From: a bacterium
GTDB lineage: Bacteria; SZUA-182; DTGQ01; JAFGSM01
Length of the DNA stretch: 64,000 bases
Assembly (NCBI GenBank): GCA_016934595.1
Contig: JAFGSM010000080.1
Span: 1,000-64,999 of the forward strand
Direction of reading: 5' to 3'
Shown here piece by piece: positions 16,901 to 27,210 of this stretch. Position 1 is the stretch's first letter; each line of letters opens with the position of its first letter. Both the position numbers and the translations under genes were made by a program. The notes beneath the pieces are model-generated. The model was not told where the DNA came from, made no database searches, and saw only the letters and a program-made list of their open reading frames with translations.

Positions 16901-18511
16901 TTGAATGGATATGGGAAAAAGAGGTATATGTATCATATAAATAATAAGAGGACCCGGTTTTTCTGCCCTCTGGTTTTATATATCGCAGCCTGCCTTTTTG
17001 CGGGCTTTATATTCGGAGAGATAATGGGCGGGGTTTTCGTGGCAGAAAGCAACAGGCAGATACTTTCGGAACAGGAATGGCTGGAGTATAAGGGTTATTT
17101 AGCTGTGCCCGGTACAATTCTGCGTCCGGAGATAAAATCATGGAAGACATACCTCGCAGGAGGGCTGTTTTTTGCCCTCTCCATAGGGTTATGCTATGCC
17201 TTTTCCTGGGGGCTTTTCATCTGGCTTCTCAGCCTCTGGCCCAAGATATTGGCATATACTTCTGCAGGCATCCTCGGCACGATTCTGGCCCTTTTTGTAT
17301 CCACGCCTGGATATAGACAGGTATGGGCCTTTGGCCTTTTTCTCTTCACGCTCCCCCTCATCCTTTTAGCCATCCTTCCCATATTCAGTCCCGGCAAAGA
17401 CAGAAAAGCCGTTTTTTTCAGCGCTATCCCATTTGTCGCCGGGTTTCTGGCCGCCATGCTCGCCGTTTATATCTTTATAACCCCGTCCTTATCAAGCGAC
17501 GATTTTACAAGGATAAGAGATGGGCTGCTTGAAAGGACAAGCATGGGCAGAGCTGTAACCAGGTTTTACTATCAGTATACCCTCTATCCTGCGAGGGTTA
17601 TACAGTCTTACAGCCAGAGGCTTCAGGGATTGCTTAAGATAGAAGACCCGGGATTTACAGAAACAGAGATCAAACGTCTGAAGGATGCACTTGCATGGAG
17701 AGATATTTTTATCGGGGAGGATGCACCTGCAGCCACCATTTTAAAAAAAGACTCTAAGACCGGCAAACTGCTTTTCCTGGGTGATTCTCCACGGTTTCGA
17801 ATCGAGGCAGATATTGAGAGTTTCCTGTCAGATCCCCGCCCTTTATTAAAAGAATACTCTGGCAAGGCAGACCATGCCGTTTTTCTGAGAGAATCCGTAA
17901 AATGGAGCCTGTTCTTTGTATTGCCGGCGCTTCTGATCTTCCTGGTCTTCGGCCTTCTGAACATCCTGTTCAGTTTATTGTCGGGTCTGTTCTTTTCTGG
18001 TTTATTAGGTAAAAATATATCCCGGACAGGAGATATCCTTATGACATTCCTTTTGATGCTTTGCCTGATTGCTGGCCTTAGATTTCTTATTGCCCCCGGA
18101 GGCCCTGTTATCAAAACAGAGGATTTATTGGCTGTGATAGAAGGGAAGCGGCCTGGTGACAAGATAACGGCTGCCATCGAGGTATGGGGCAGGTTGAACG
18201 AGACCAGTGCAAAACCGGAAGATTTTACGCAACATTTTATGGGCATGCTGGGGGACTCCGATCCAAATATCCGTAAATGGGGCATCTGTTTTTTTGCGCT
18301 GGCAGGGGACAGGAAGGCATCAAGACCGCTTATCTCACTCTTGAACGATCCTCATATAGTTGTAGCCTATCATGCAGCCCGCGCACTGGGTACGATACAT
18401 GCCAAAGAGGCAAAGGCCCCCCTTTTAAAAGTGTTAAAGGGTGAGTATGGGTGGTATCTAAAAACAACGGCATATATCGCACTGAGAAAGATCGGATGGA
18501 GCCAGTCATAG
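16901..18511 (+). CDS. Polytopic membrane protein with C-terminal HEAT/PBS-lyase-type repeats
   Basis: There are about 8 predicted TM helices. The C-terminal cytoplasmic segment DSDPNIRKWGICFFALAGD...LLNDPHIVVAYHAARALGTIHAKEA...LKTTAYIALRKIG has the HEAT_2 repeat pattern. Confidence 0.45.
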   Translation: MNGYGKKRYMYHINNKRTRFFCPLVLYIAACLFAGFIFGEIMGGVFVAESNRQILSEQEWLEYKGYLAVPGTILRPEIKSWKTYLAGGLFFALSIGLCYAFSWGLFIWLLSLWPKILAYTSAGILGTILALFVSTPGYRQVWAFGLFLFTLPLILLAILPIFSPGKDRKAVFFSAIPFVAGFLAAMLAVYIFITPSLSSDDFTRIRDGLLERTSMGRAVTRFYYQYTLYPARVIQSYSQRLQGLLKIEDPGFTETEIKRLKDALAWRDIFIGEDAPAATILKKDSKTGKLLFLGDSPRFRIEADIESFLSDPRPLLKEYSGKADHAVFLRESVKWSLFFVLPALLIFLVFGLLNILFSLLSGLFFSGLLGKNISRTGDILMTFLLMLCLIAGLRFLIAPGGPVIKTEDLLAVIEGKRPGDKITAAIEVWGRLNETSAKPEDFTQHFMGMLGDSDPNIRKWGICFFALAGDRKASRPLISLLNDPHIVVAYHAARALGTIHAKEAKAPLLKVLKGEYGWYLKTTAYIALRKIGWSQS

Positions 18512-19182
18512 GCATAGGGCCTCAGCCTGAGAGATATGCCTTGCCCGCAGGCAGGGCGTTTATCCTTGTTTTATTGCTCATATCTCTGGAGATAATTGGG
18601 AATCTTGTATACCAAACCGTTCTAAGCGAATCAAGGATAGATCCACTCATTTTTACTGGCATCCTGAGGGCTATTGGGATGGCTGCAATCCTTGGCCTTG
18701 CTTTCAAATGGGGATACAGCCTTTCTCATATAGGGCTTTCCGCAGGCAGGCTTAAAAAGGGGCTCAAACACGGGCTCTTATGGTGTGCAGGATTTGGCCT
18801 GGCTGTAGGTATATCAGGGGCAATATTATTTTTGTCAGGGACAAATCCCCTATCCTTTTTTGGTCGTGCAGGGTCACGTAATACATCCGGAATAATCGCC
18901 TATTTTCTTATAGGGTGCCTGATAGGCCCGATAGTTGAGGATATGGCATTTATCGGGATCATTTACAACAGCCTCAGGGCCAGGTTGAATCTCGTCTTTT
19001 CTGTCCTGATCGTGGCAGGCATATTTGCAGCCGCGCATGGTTTAATCTCCCTTTCTCTGCTCATTCAGTTTACAGGCGCATTATTGTTCACACTATCGTT
19101 TGAGTTTTCAGGAAGCCTGCTTGCACCGCTAATAATACATTGCGCAGGCAACATGGCAATATTTGCCATTCAGTTTTTGTAA
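18496..19182 (+). CDS. CPBP-family intramembrane metalloprotease (CAAX protease/Abi-like)
   Basis: Contains the EExxxR-like motif (VEDMAFIGIIYNSLRAR) and FxxxH (IFAAAHG) plus 6-7 TM helices. The start was chosen at MEPVIG (the listed ORF starts at 18451). It overlaps the upstream gene. Confidence 0.6.
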   Translation: MEPVIGIGPQPERYALPAGRAFILVLLLISLEIIGNLVYQTVLSESRIDPLIFTGILRAIGMAAILGLAFKWGYSLSHIGLSAGRLKKGLKHGLLWCAGFGLAVGISGAILFLSGTNPLSFFGRAGSRNTSGIIAYFLIGCLIGPIVEDMAFIGIIYNSLRARLNLVFSVLIVAGIFAAAHGLISLSLLIQFTGALLFTLSFEFSGSLLAPLIIHCAGNMAIFAIQFL

Positions 19183-19248
19183 TGGGAATTGTCTTGCTGA
19201 AAAGCGCATTTGGGTTGAATAAAAGGGATTTGTCTGCTGAAATGAAAA

Positions 19249-20577
19249 TCAATCCAGTCCCAGGGTTTTTATCTTTTGATGGAGGAGGCTCCGTTCGATC
19301 TTCAACCTTCTTGCGGCCTGTGATATATTGCCATTGCATGCATTGATGGCCTTTGTAATAAGGCGGCGCTCAAACTCCTTTTTGGCATCCCTGAATGAAG
19401 GCTGTAGATGTTCTTTTCTTAATGATTCCGGTATGTCCATACGGGTGATATGTGAGCCTGGAACCATGATGACAAGACGTTCGACCATGTTCTTCAATTC
19501 TCTCACATTTCCTGGCCAATCGTATGCGAGAAGATCTTCCATCGCCTCTTTGGTTACCGTTCTTAAAGGTTTGCCAAGCTCATCGGAAAAAACCTTCAGG
19601 AAATGACCCACAAGGAGAGGGACATCCTCTTTCCTGTCCCTTAAAGAAGGGATATTAATAGGTATCACATGGAGGCGGTAGTAAAGGTCCTCCCTGAAAT
19701 TTCCCTTTTCCATTTCCTTTTTCAGGTCTTTGTTTGAAGCGGCAATGATCCGGACATCCACCGAGATGGTCTTGTTTCCTCCGATCCTTTGGAAACTCTG
19801 CTCTTCAAGCGCCCTTAAAACCTTGGCCTGGGTCTTCAGGCTCATATCGCCTACCTCGTCCAAAAAAAGGGTGCCTTGATCGGCCAGCTCAAACCTGCCC
19901 TTTCTTTTTACGGTCGCCCCTGTAAAGGAACCTTTCTCATGACCAAACAGCTCGCTTTCGATAAGATCTTCTGGTATGGCTGCGCAATTTAATCCGACAA
20001 AGGGTTTATCAAACCTCCGGCTCCTGTTATGGACCTCTCTTGCGACCAGTTCCTTGCCTGTTCCATTTTCTCCGGTTATAAGTATCCATCCATTGGTCGG
20101 CGCTGCAAGCGCTATCTGACGTTCCAGTTCCTTCACGGCCTTGCTGTCACCCACGATCTGATAACGGTTTGAGTCTTTATGCCTCAGCCTTCTGTTTTCA
20201 GTGCTAAGCCTCTGGGCCTCAAGCGCATGCTGGACTGTAAGCACAGTCTTTTCCAGAGACAAAGGTTTTTCTATAAAGTCATACGCCCCTGCCTTTATGG
20301 TCTTTACAGCAGTCTCTATGTTTCCATGACCTGAAATCATTACTACCGCAATATCAGGCCATTGCTCTCTTATCTTTTGAAGCGCCGCTATCCCGTCCAT
20401 TCCTGGCATCCAAATATCAAGCATAATAAGGTCGGGAGTGTCCTTTTCTATCATTTCCAATGCTTGACTGCCGTCTTCCGCAACACTGACCTCGTGTCCC
20501 TCGTCCTTGAGGATCCCTGCAAGGGCAGAGCGTATCCTTTTCTCGTCATCCACTATAAGTATATGTCCCTTTGTCAT
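19249..20577 (-). CDS. Sigma-54-dependent Fis-family response regulator (NtrC-like: receiver + AAA+ sigma54-interaction + HTH)
   Basis: The receiver is ILIVDDEKRIR...LIMLDIWMPGMDG. The AAA+ domain has GENGTGKELVAREVH, the GAFTGA-type loop (GSFTGA) and ESELFGHEKG. The C-terminal Fis HTH is GNISQAARRLKIERSLLHQKIK. Confidence 0.85.
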   Translation of the reverse strand: MTKGHILIVDDEKRIRSALAGILKDEGHEVSVAEDGSQALEMIEKDTPDLIMLDIWMPGMDGIAALQKIREQWPDIAVVMISGHGNIETAVKTIKAGAYDFIEKPLSLEKTVLTVQHALEAQRLSTENRRLRHKDSNRYQIVGDSKAVKELERQIALAAPTNGWILITGENGTGKELVAREVHNRSRRFDKPFVGLNCAAIPEDLIESELFGHEKGSFTGATVKRKGRFELADQGTLFLDEVGDMSLKTQAKVLRALEEQSFQRIGGNKTISVDVRIIAASNKDLKKEMEKGNFREDLYYRLHVIPINIPSLRDRKEDVPLLVGHFLKVFSDELGKPLRTVTKEAMEDLLAYDWPGNVRELKNMVERLVIMVPGSHITRMDIPESLRKEHLQPSFRDAKKEFERRLITKAINACNGNISQAARRLKIERSLLHQKIKTLGLD

Positions 20578-20599
20578 ATTTGCTAATTTAGTTGATTGA

Positions 20600-21937
20600 T
20601 CAACTGTATCTTTTACAAATCCAGTCTGTCAGCCTCAACGCAGAAAGGCACACCCCCTCCACGCCAAGGCATAGGGGAACACAATCTCCTGTTAAAAACA
20701 GGTTGCGATAGCATGTGAATTCAGAAAACGCCTTGTTGTGTAAAACAGAAAGGGTTTGAGGCACACCCTTTATCCGCCCTAACGGACGTCCGGTAAACCT
20801 CTCATAGGTGGCCGGTGTCGCAGATTCACAGAGACTTATGCCCTCATCAATGAAGGGCATCAGTCCCTTCAATCCATGGATTATCTCTTCCTCTATACGT
20901 TTTTTGCATGCAAAATATTCCTTGCCTTTATTCGCATGCTCATAGGGCTCATACTTGAATATTGACATGGCCCTATACCCTTCCGGCGCCCTCCCCATAT
21001 CCTCAGGAGGATTCATGGCTATAAAAAGAGGGGTTGCCGAATCATTTTCGCCTTTTGTAGGGCTTGGTATGTATAAGACCTCATGACACATCCGGGATGG
21101 TATGCACGACTCCTTAACCCCTAAAAATAAGGCAAAAACAGAGTTTGGGGTTGGCGTCTTTCTCATCCTGTGAATCATCCGCCGCATCCTGTGGCCGTCT
21201 GATATAAGCCTTTCATAGATTCCCCATGGGGTGGTATTTGCTATATAGCATCGCCCCTCCATAACCTCTCCGCTTTCAAGCCTGATGCCGACTGCGTCAT
21301 TTTTCTCCGTCAATATCTCTTTCACGCGGCAGCCCAGCCTGACCTCCCCTCTATGTGAACCTATGTATTCAAAAAGGGGGTTAGATATGGATCCACCCCC
21401 TCCCTTTAAACAAAACCCCCCTGTCGAAGGCAATCCCGCAACCTGGGATGCGAAAGGGATAGCAGTTTTTGTAAATTCTGTCTGTCCCCAAAACAATGTC
21501 TGAAGGTCGAATACAGGCAAAGCTGGGCTTTTTTTAAGTGAACGTGAAAGCGCCCTGCCTGAAGATTTATTTATTGATTTGAGCGCCTCAGGAAATTCCC
21601 TTGCCCATTCCTCCATCATGGCATCAGGGTTCCTGTAGAGGCTAATCCTGTGGCCTGGTATACAGACCTGATAGAATGTGTCCTGAAATATCCTTTCCAG
21701 ATCAAGCCCCAGTTCTCTGAATACCGAATCAAGGCCGCCCCACAGGATATTGGGGAAAAATGTCGGGCCGACATCGAATCTGAATCCTGACCTTGAAAAT
21801 GTCCCGCAGCAGCCGCCAATCCTTGAAGATTGCTCCAGCACAATGACCTTCCATCCCCTTTTTGCCAACAAGGCGCCTGTCGTCAAACCGCCGATTCCCG
21901 CGCCTATTATCAAGGCCAGATCATTCATCATATTCAA
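20600..21937 (-). CDS. FAD-dependent oxidoreductase, phytoene-desaturase (CrtI/amine-oxidase) family
   Basis: N-terminal dinucleotide-binding motif LALIIGAGIGGLTTGALLAKRGWKVIVLEQSSRIGG. Length and C-terminal architecture fit the CrtI-like family; substrate unknown. Confidence 0.65.
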   Translation of the reverse strand: MNMMNDLALIIGAGIGGLTTGALLAKRGWKVIVLEQSSRIGGCCGTFSRSGFRFDVGPTFFPNILWGGLDSVFRELGLDLERIFQDTFYQVCIPGHRISLYRNPDAMMEEWAREFPEALKSINKSSGRALSRSLKKSPALPVFDLQTLFWGQTEFTKTAIPFASQVAGLPSTGGFCLKGGGGSISNPLFEYIGSHRGEVRLGCRVKEILTEKNDAVGIRLESGEVMEGRCYIANTTPWGIYERLISDGHRMRRMIHRMRKTPTPNSVFALFLGVKESCIPSRMCHEVLYIPSPTKGENDSATPLFIAMNPPEDMGRAPEGYRAMSIFKYEPYEHANKGKEYFACKKRIEEEIIHGLKGLMPFIDEGISLCESATPATYERFTGRPLGRIKGVPQTLSVLHNKAFSEFTCYRNLFLTGDCVPLCLGVEGVCLSALRLTDWICKRYS

Positions 21938-22626
21938 TTGAAGAGGCCAAGTCTGACCCTTTTTTTCTTAAAGATGGAAACAAGAAACATGCCCGCGAAA
22001 AAACCTCCGATGTGGGCAAACCAGGCGACTCCGCCATGTCCTGCACCGCCTGCAAGGCTGAGGGTGCCGCTCATAAATTGAATAAAGATCCAGAAGCTCA
22101 ACAAAACCAAGGCAGGCAGTTTTACTATCCTTATGAAATAAAAAAACGTTATCAGGGTCAGCACCCTGGCGCGGGGATAAAGCAGCATGTATGCCCCAAG
22201 CACGCCTGATATGGCGCCGCTTGCCCCGATCATGGGCGTCATTGAATTCGGGTTGACAGCCATATGAGCCAGACTGGCAAAGGCTCCGCAAAGTATATAG
22301 AATATCAAGAATCGGAATTTGCCCATGGCGTCCTCAACATTATCTCCAAATATCCAAAGATATAGCATATTCCCGACAAAGTGCAAAATCCCTCCATGCA
22401 TGAACATGGAGGAAAAGATGGTCAGAAATGTGGGAAAAGGCACCAGCGGGGGTATGTCGGCAAAATTGGTTATTTCAAAAGGGATTGCCCCATATGCAGC
22501 GACAAAACCCTCTGCGTGTTTCCCCAGCGATATCTGAAAAAGAAACACCAGGGAATTGATAATCAGTATGCCAACTGTGATAAATGGGAAACTGCTTGAA
22601 GGGATGTCATCCTTTAGCGGGATCAA
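21934..22626 (-). CDS. Rhomboid-family intramembrane serine protease
   Basis: Catalytic GASGAISGV (GxSG) on TM4 and AHIGGFFAG (His) on TM6, with six TM helices. Start and stop overlap the neighbouring genes by 4 nt (ATGA coupling). Confidence 0.8.
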   Translation of the reverse strand: MIPLKDDIPSSSFPFITVGILIINSLVFLFQISLGKHAEGFVAAYGAIPFEITNFADIPPLVPFPTFLTIFSSMFMHGGILHFVGNMLYLWIFGDNVEDAMGKFRFLIFYILCGAFASLAHMAVNPNSMTPMIGASGAISGVLGAYMLLYPRARVLTLITFFYFIRIVKLPALVLLSFWIFIQFMSGTLSLAGGAGHGGVAWFAHIGGFFAGMFLVSIFKKKRVRLGLFN

Positions 22627-23057
22627 TTCTCGGTATCTAACTCCTTATCTAAATATCCCTTGAGTGTATTAAATACCAACTCTGCCTGAGCCAATGCCTC
22701 CTTTGCCTCCTCATCCCCATAGACTTTGGATGGAACCCATAATGGAAGGTCCGTTCGTTGATAAAGGGGGAACCTGGCCCTTGCTCCGTGTTTTTCCAGG
22801 CTTAACATCGCTTGATATATATCTTCCGCATTCGGAATCAGAGGGGTAAAAACCGCCTTAAACAAGGTTGAAGTCTTATGATCCCTTGTATAAATGCCTT
22901 TCGAAGCAAGGCAGGACTTTGCTATTTTTTCGACAGCCTCCTGCGCAAAATGGATGGTCCTGCTATACAGACCATTTACATGAGTCAATCTTGCCGTTTG
23001 GATATCTACGCTGCTTTCCAAAAGGTACGCCTCTGATATGTCTTTAGGATTGTGCAC
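22623..23057 (-). CDS. Small alpha-helical protein, HEPN-domain-like (tentative)
   Basis: The pattern ...FAQEAVEKIAKSCLASKGIYTRDHKTSTLFKAV... plus a C-terminal helix resembles non-catalytic HEPN domains. No partner nucleotidyltransferase is present. Weak assignment. Confidence 0.35.
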   Translation of the reverse strand: MHNPKDISEAYLLESSVDIQTARLTHVNGLYSRTIHFAQEAVEKIAKSCLASKGIYTRDHKTSTLFKAVFTPLIPNAEDIYQAMLSLEKHGARARFPLYQRTDLPLWVPSKVYGDEEAKEALAQAELVFNTLKGYLDKELDTEN

Positions 23058-23149
23058 TGTTATACCCTCCTTTTGTACGTTATTCTATCTTATTTTGTAA
23101 TGTCTCGTCAAACTTCATAACAAACTCTTCAAAAAACTTCAAAAAATTA

Positions 23150-24127
23150 TCATGAAACCAGATGACAGGCGACCTGGTGGCCGTCTTTCACCTCTTTCAT
23201 AACCGGCTCCTCTATTGAACATATCGGCATTTTTTGAGAACATCTCGTATGAAAACGGCAACCATCCGGAGGATTTACAGGAGAAGGCATATCCCCCTTC
23301 AGGATAATCCTGCCGGATTTGACGTCAGGATCAGGGATCGGCACGGCCGATATCAGACTCATGGTATAAGGATGTAAAGGTGAATCAAAGATCTTATCCA
23401 CACCGGCTTTTTCAACCAGTTTCCCTAGATACATCACTGCCACATAATCACTGATGTAGCGAATCAGGCTCAGATCGTGGGTTATAAACAGGTAGCTTAA
23501 TCCAAACTCCTTTTGAAGATCAAGAAACAGATTAATCACTTGCGCCCTGACAGAAACGTCCAGGGCAGACACGGGCTCGTCCGCCACAATCAATTCCGGA
23601 TCCACGCTCAGCGCTCTTGCAATGCCGATCCTCTGCCTTTGCCCGCCGCTAAACTCATGAGGATACCTCTTCATTAAATCTGAGGAAAGCCCGACCTTCT
23701 CCAGAAGAAAGGCCACCTTTTTTCTCCTCTCATCCTTGCTTAGGCAAATCCTGTTAACAATTAAGGGTTCTCCTATGATAGACTCGACGCTCATCCTTGG
23801 ATTCAGGGATGCATAGGGATCCTGAAATACTATCTGGAGCTTTCTCCTTGCTGCCCTCATACTATCGGAATCAAAAGCGAGCAGGTCATCGCCCTTGAAA
23901 AAGACATGACCTGACGTAGGCTCAACGAGCCTTATAATCCCGCGCGCAACGGTGGATTTCCCGCATCCGCTCTCCCCGACAAGCCCCAATGTTGAGCCTT
24001 TAGGAACAGAAAAACTCACTCCATCAACGGCCTTCAGCCTTTCTTTCACCCTGGAAAAGATTCCCCCCCTTATTGGGAAGTGCTTGACAAGGGCCTCTAC
24101 ACGAAGCAATTCCATGTTCCCGTTCAA
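23150..24127 (-). CDS. Oligopeptide/dipeptide ABC transporter ATP-binding protein (OppF/DppF-like)
   Basis: Walker [10 protein letters not shown], signature [12 protein letters not shown], Walker B LIVADEP, plus the C-terminal oligopeptide-transporter Cys-rich extension ([14 protein letters not shown]). Confidence 0.85.
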   Translation of the reverse strand: MNGNMELLRVEALVKHFPIRGGIFSRVKERLKAVDGVSFSVPKGSTLGLVGESGCGKSTVARGIIRLVEPTSGHVFFKGDDLLAFDSDSMRAARRKLQIVFQDPYASLNPRMSVESIIGEPLIVNRICLSKDERRKKVAFLLEKVGLSSDLMKRYPHEFSGGQRQRIGIARALSVDPELIVADEPVSALDVSVRAQVINLFLDLQKEFGLSYLFITHDLSLIRYISDYVAVMYLGKLVEKAGVDKIFDSPLHPYTMSLISAVPIPDPDVKSGRIILKGDMPSPVNPPDGCRFHTRCSQKMPICSIEEPVMKEVKDGHQVACHLVS

Positions 24128-25101
24128 GGTTTAGCCTCCCAGCAGCTTACAAGATGGCCCGGCCCGATCTCAACAAGCCTTGGCATATCTGTAATGCAAC
24201 GCTGCCTTGCCCGCTCGCATCTTGATGCAAAAGGGCACCCTATAGGCATGTCAAAGAGGTCGGGAACCGTGCCTTTGATCGTCTTCAGCCTGCCGCCCGC
24301 GATTTTCCTGTCATCAAGCCTCGGCAATGAATCAAGAAGCGCGATGGTATAAGGATGTAACGGGCCGTGAAAAAGATCCCTTACCCCCGCCTCTTCAACC
24401 ACATACCCTGCATACATAACCGAGACCTTCTGAGCAGTTTCCGCAACCACGCCGAGGTCATGAGTAACCATGAGAACAGACATACCCAAGCTGTTTTTCA
24501 GGCTGTCTATAAGCTCAAGTATCTGGGCCTGTATAGTAACATCCAGTGCCGAAGTGGGTTCATCTGCGATCAAGAGATCAGGCTGGCATGAAAGGGCCAT
24601 GGCTATCATCACCCTTTGCCTCATACCCCCGCTCATCTGATGGGGATAATCCTTGATCCTTTTTGAAGGATCTGGAATGCCAACCATGTCTAAGATCTCG
24701 ACAGACCTTTGGACCGCCTTTTTGTGGTCAACCCTTTGATGCAGGCGGATAGCTTCGGCTATCTGTTCTCCGACAGTGAAGACCGGATTCAAAGATGTCA
24801 TAGGTTCCTGAAAGATCATGGATGTTTCGTTTCCCCTGATATCGCGCATCTCATCCGGATCGAGACCGAGCAGGTCCCTGCCGTTAAAAGTGATCCTGCC
24901 TGACATAATCCTGCCCGGCGGGTTTGGGACAAGCCTCATGATTGAAAGGGAAAGCACTGTTTTACCGCATCCGGACTCTCCAACCAAACCCAGCGTTTCG
25001 CCTTTTTTTATCTTAAGGTCAACCCCGTTCACAGCCTTTACAACCCCGTCAGAGGTAAAGAAAAAGGTGTGCAGGTCTTCGACAGCAAGCAGGTACTTCA
25101 T
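24124..25101 (-). CDS. Oligopeptide/dipeptide ABC transporter ATP-binding protein (OppD/DppD-like)
   Basis: Walker [10 protein letters not shown], signature [12 protein letters not shown], Walker [13 protein letters not shown], and the C-terminal [14 protein letters not shown] motif. Confidence 0.85.
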   Translation of the reverse strand: MKYLLAVEDLHTFFFTSDGVVKAVNGVDLKIKKGETLGLVGESGCGKTVLSLSIMRLVPNPPGRIMSGRITFNGRDLLGLDPDEMRDIRGNETSMIFQEPMTSLNPVFTVGEQIAEAIRLHQRVDHKKAVQRSVEILDMVGIPDPSKRIKDYPHQMSGGMRQRVMIAMALSCQPDLLIADEPTSALDVTIQAQILELIDSLKNSLGMSVLMVTHDLGVVAETAQKVSVMYAGYVVEEAGVRDLFHGPLHPYTIALLDSLPRLDDRKIAGGRLKTIKGTVPDLFDMPIGCPFASRCERARQRCITDMPRLVEIGPGHLVSCWEAKP

Positions 25102-25161
25102 CTGAAAATCCCTTTCATGTGTTTTTCATCCCTGTTTGCAGATAGAAAATTAATAAGGGTC

Positions 25162-26769
25162 TCATCTCACCCATACACTGTCCAGAAAAAGATCGCCAAG
25201 AGAATTCGTGAAATCGCCTTTGACCCAGCTTCTGGCTGCCCATATCCTGTGAGGATAACAAAGATAAATGGCCACCACTGCCTTATCGATCACGGGGGAC
25301 AGGATGCTGAATGACATATCCCTGACATTGGGATCACACTCCTTGAGAGCCGATGAAAGGTCTTCTTCCCATGTATATGTAGATGCCCCCAGCTTGTTCT
25401 CTAAAGATGAATGGTGATAAAGCCGCCATGTGAATTGATCCGCCCCTCCACCTCCCCTCCAGTCCTCCCAGTCCTCGAGCGCCGCCTGAAAAAAAGCCCT
25501 GTCTTTCCCGCCCCGTCCATACACAAAGTCAAAAAGCTCATTTTTAGACATGGGAAATAAGTCCACAAGGACATTGATATGTGAGAGTTGTTCCTTGATG
25601 ATTTGGGCAATTGCACGGAAAGGCTCATCATCCGTATACATAAGGGAAAAAGAAACCTGCAAATCTGAGGTAAAACCCTCATCCGCAAGCAACTTTAACG
25701 CAAGATTCGGGTCAAAAAACTGCCCGCCGGCGCCTGCGTCATAAAGCCTGTGCCACTGAGGGAGACAAGACAGCGCAGGGGTTGCAAAACCGTCAAATGC
25801 CTTCTTTGCTATCTCCTCCCTGTTTATGCCCAATGAAATGGCCTTCCTGATGTTTGGCCTGTCAAATGGGGACCGGTCTGCATTGAGGTATATCTGGCAT
25901 ATTCTCTGTCCAGGCTTATGAACAAGCCGGATGTATGATCTTGAGGCAAGCCCGGATGCCTCGTTTGTGGAAAGATTTGCAGCGATATCTATCCTTCTTC
26001 GTCTGAGGTCTTGAACCACATCGCTGCCAGGCTCTGGAAAATGGAATATTATCCTGTGGAGAAAGGGATTGTTGGCCTTGTCTGTCTTATATGAATAGTT
26101 TCTTTCAAGGATTACATCCTTTCCCCTTTCCCATTCAATAAATCTGAAAGGGCCTGTGCCAACGGCTGCAACCTTGCCGTAAGAAGACCCATACCGGGTC
26201 ACAGCCTTAATGGAAAGGGGGCGCATCTCATGCCTGGCAAGCAATTCCAAAAGATCAGGGCAATCATGACCTAAAGTGATCTTTATCTGCATCGGAGCAA
26301 TTACCTCAACAGAGTTAATGCCTTGAAATATTTGTCGTGAAGGGCATTGAGTGGCCGGATCAAGCAGCCTCTTTATGGTAAATACAACGTCATTGGCATC
26401 AAGCGGCTTCCCATCATGAAACTTTATATCATGCTTAATCTCGAGTATATATTCATGATCGCTTATTCTCACAGGCATGGATGCTGCAAGCACTGGAACT
26501 ATTCTGTCGTTTTGGTCGTACTCAAGGAGGCCGTCATAAATTTGTTCTATTAACCATTTATCGGACAGGGTTTCCGCCTTTTGAGGGTCTAGTGTATAAA
26601 CATGATCAGGACATGCTAGGACAAGCGCGCCCCCCTCGTGTATTTTGACTTTGTGCGGCTCTTGATGGGTTTTCTCTGGGTAGACAGATAATCCAGCGCC
26701 TATCGTAAGGGAAAATATTACAGATGCTAAAAATACCGTCCTCAAACTAAAAACAAACGGATTCCTCAT
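25162..26769 (-). CDS. ABC transporter substrate-binding protein, family 5 (peptide/nickel/opine type)
   Basis: A signal peptide plus about 510 aa with the SBP_bac_5 pattern (…YTLDPQKA…, …GTGPFRF…). It is followed directly by the two ATPase genes, but no permease genes are adjacent. Confidence 0.75.
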   Translation of the reverse strand: MRNPFVFSLRTVFLASVIFSLTIGAGLSVYPEKTHQEPHKVKIHEGGALVLACPDHVYTLDPQKAETLSDKWLIEQIYDGLLEYDQNDRIVPVLAASMPVRISDHEYILEIKHDIKFHDGKPLDANDVVFTIKRLLDPATQCPSRQIFQGINSVEVIAPMQIKITLGHDCPDLLELLARHEMRPLSIKAVTRYGSSYGKVAAVGTGPFRFIEWERGKDVILERNYSYKTDKANNPFLHRIIFHFPEPGSDVVQDLRRRRIDIAANLSTNEASGLASRSYIRLVHKPGQRICQIYLNADRSPFDRPNIRKAISLGINREEIAKKAFDGFATPALSCLPQWHRLYDAGAGGQFFDPNLALKLLADEGFTSDLQVSFSLMYTDDEPFRAIAQIIKEQLSHINVLVDLFPMSKNELFDFVYGRGGKDRAFFQAALEDWEDWRGGGGADQFTWRLYHHSSLENKLGASTYTWEEDLSSALKECDPNVRDMSFSILSPVIDKAVVAIYLCYPHRIWAARSWVKGDFTNSLGDLFLDSVWVR

Positions 26770-27210
26770 TTACAGCCCCTTCACAATCTTCCAGCCTCCA
26801 TCCTCCTTCCTAAGAAAGATCTGTTCCTTTCCCCTGGCGCGGTCTCTTTTAGCGCCGGCAAAAAAAACAATCTCATAATCCTCAACAAGCATGGCCTTTT
26901 GACCTTCCAAATAGACCGTCCTTTTTGATGTCAAAAAATCTATCATTTCAAAGACCTCAAAGTTTTTCTGCATCCTTTCCCTTACCACATCAAAGGAGTC
27001 TTCTCTGTCTTTGTAATCTTTGGATATGCATGTCATATAAAGGTCTATGTCCTTTTCCCTTATAGCCTTTTCTCTGATGGACATAACTTGATTTATCGCC
27101 TTTTCCGCCTCTGCGCTTGATCGATCTGTAGATGCGCAGCCTGCAAAAAAGGCCACAAAAAACATGAGGGGGATGGTTATGGTATTTATTCGGGCTCGAT
27201 ATCTTTGCAT
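26770..27210 (-). CDS. Hypothetical lipoprotein (NTF2/SnoaL-like fold plausible)
   Basis: Signal peptide with lipobox FFAGC. Small alpha+beta protein; no confident family. Confidence 0.35.
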   Translation of the reverse strand: MQRYRARINTITIPLMFFVAFFAGCASTDRSSAEAEKAINQVMSIREKAIREKDIDLYMTCISKDYKDREDSFDVVRERMQKNFEVFEMIDFLTSKRTVYLEGQKAMLVEDYEIVFFAGAKRDRARGKEQIFLRKEDGGWKIVKGL

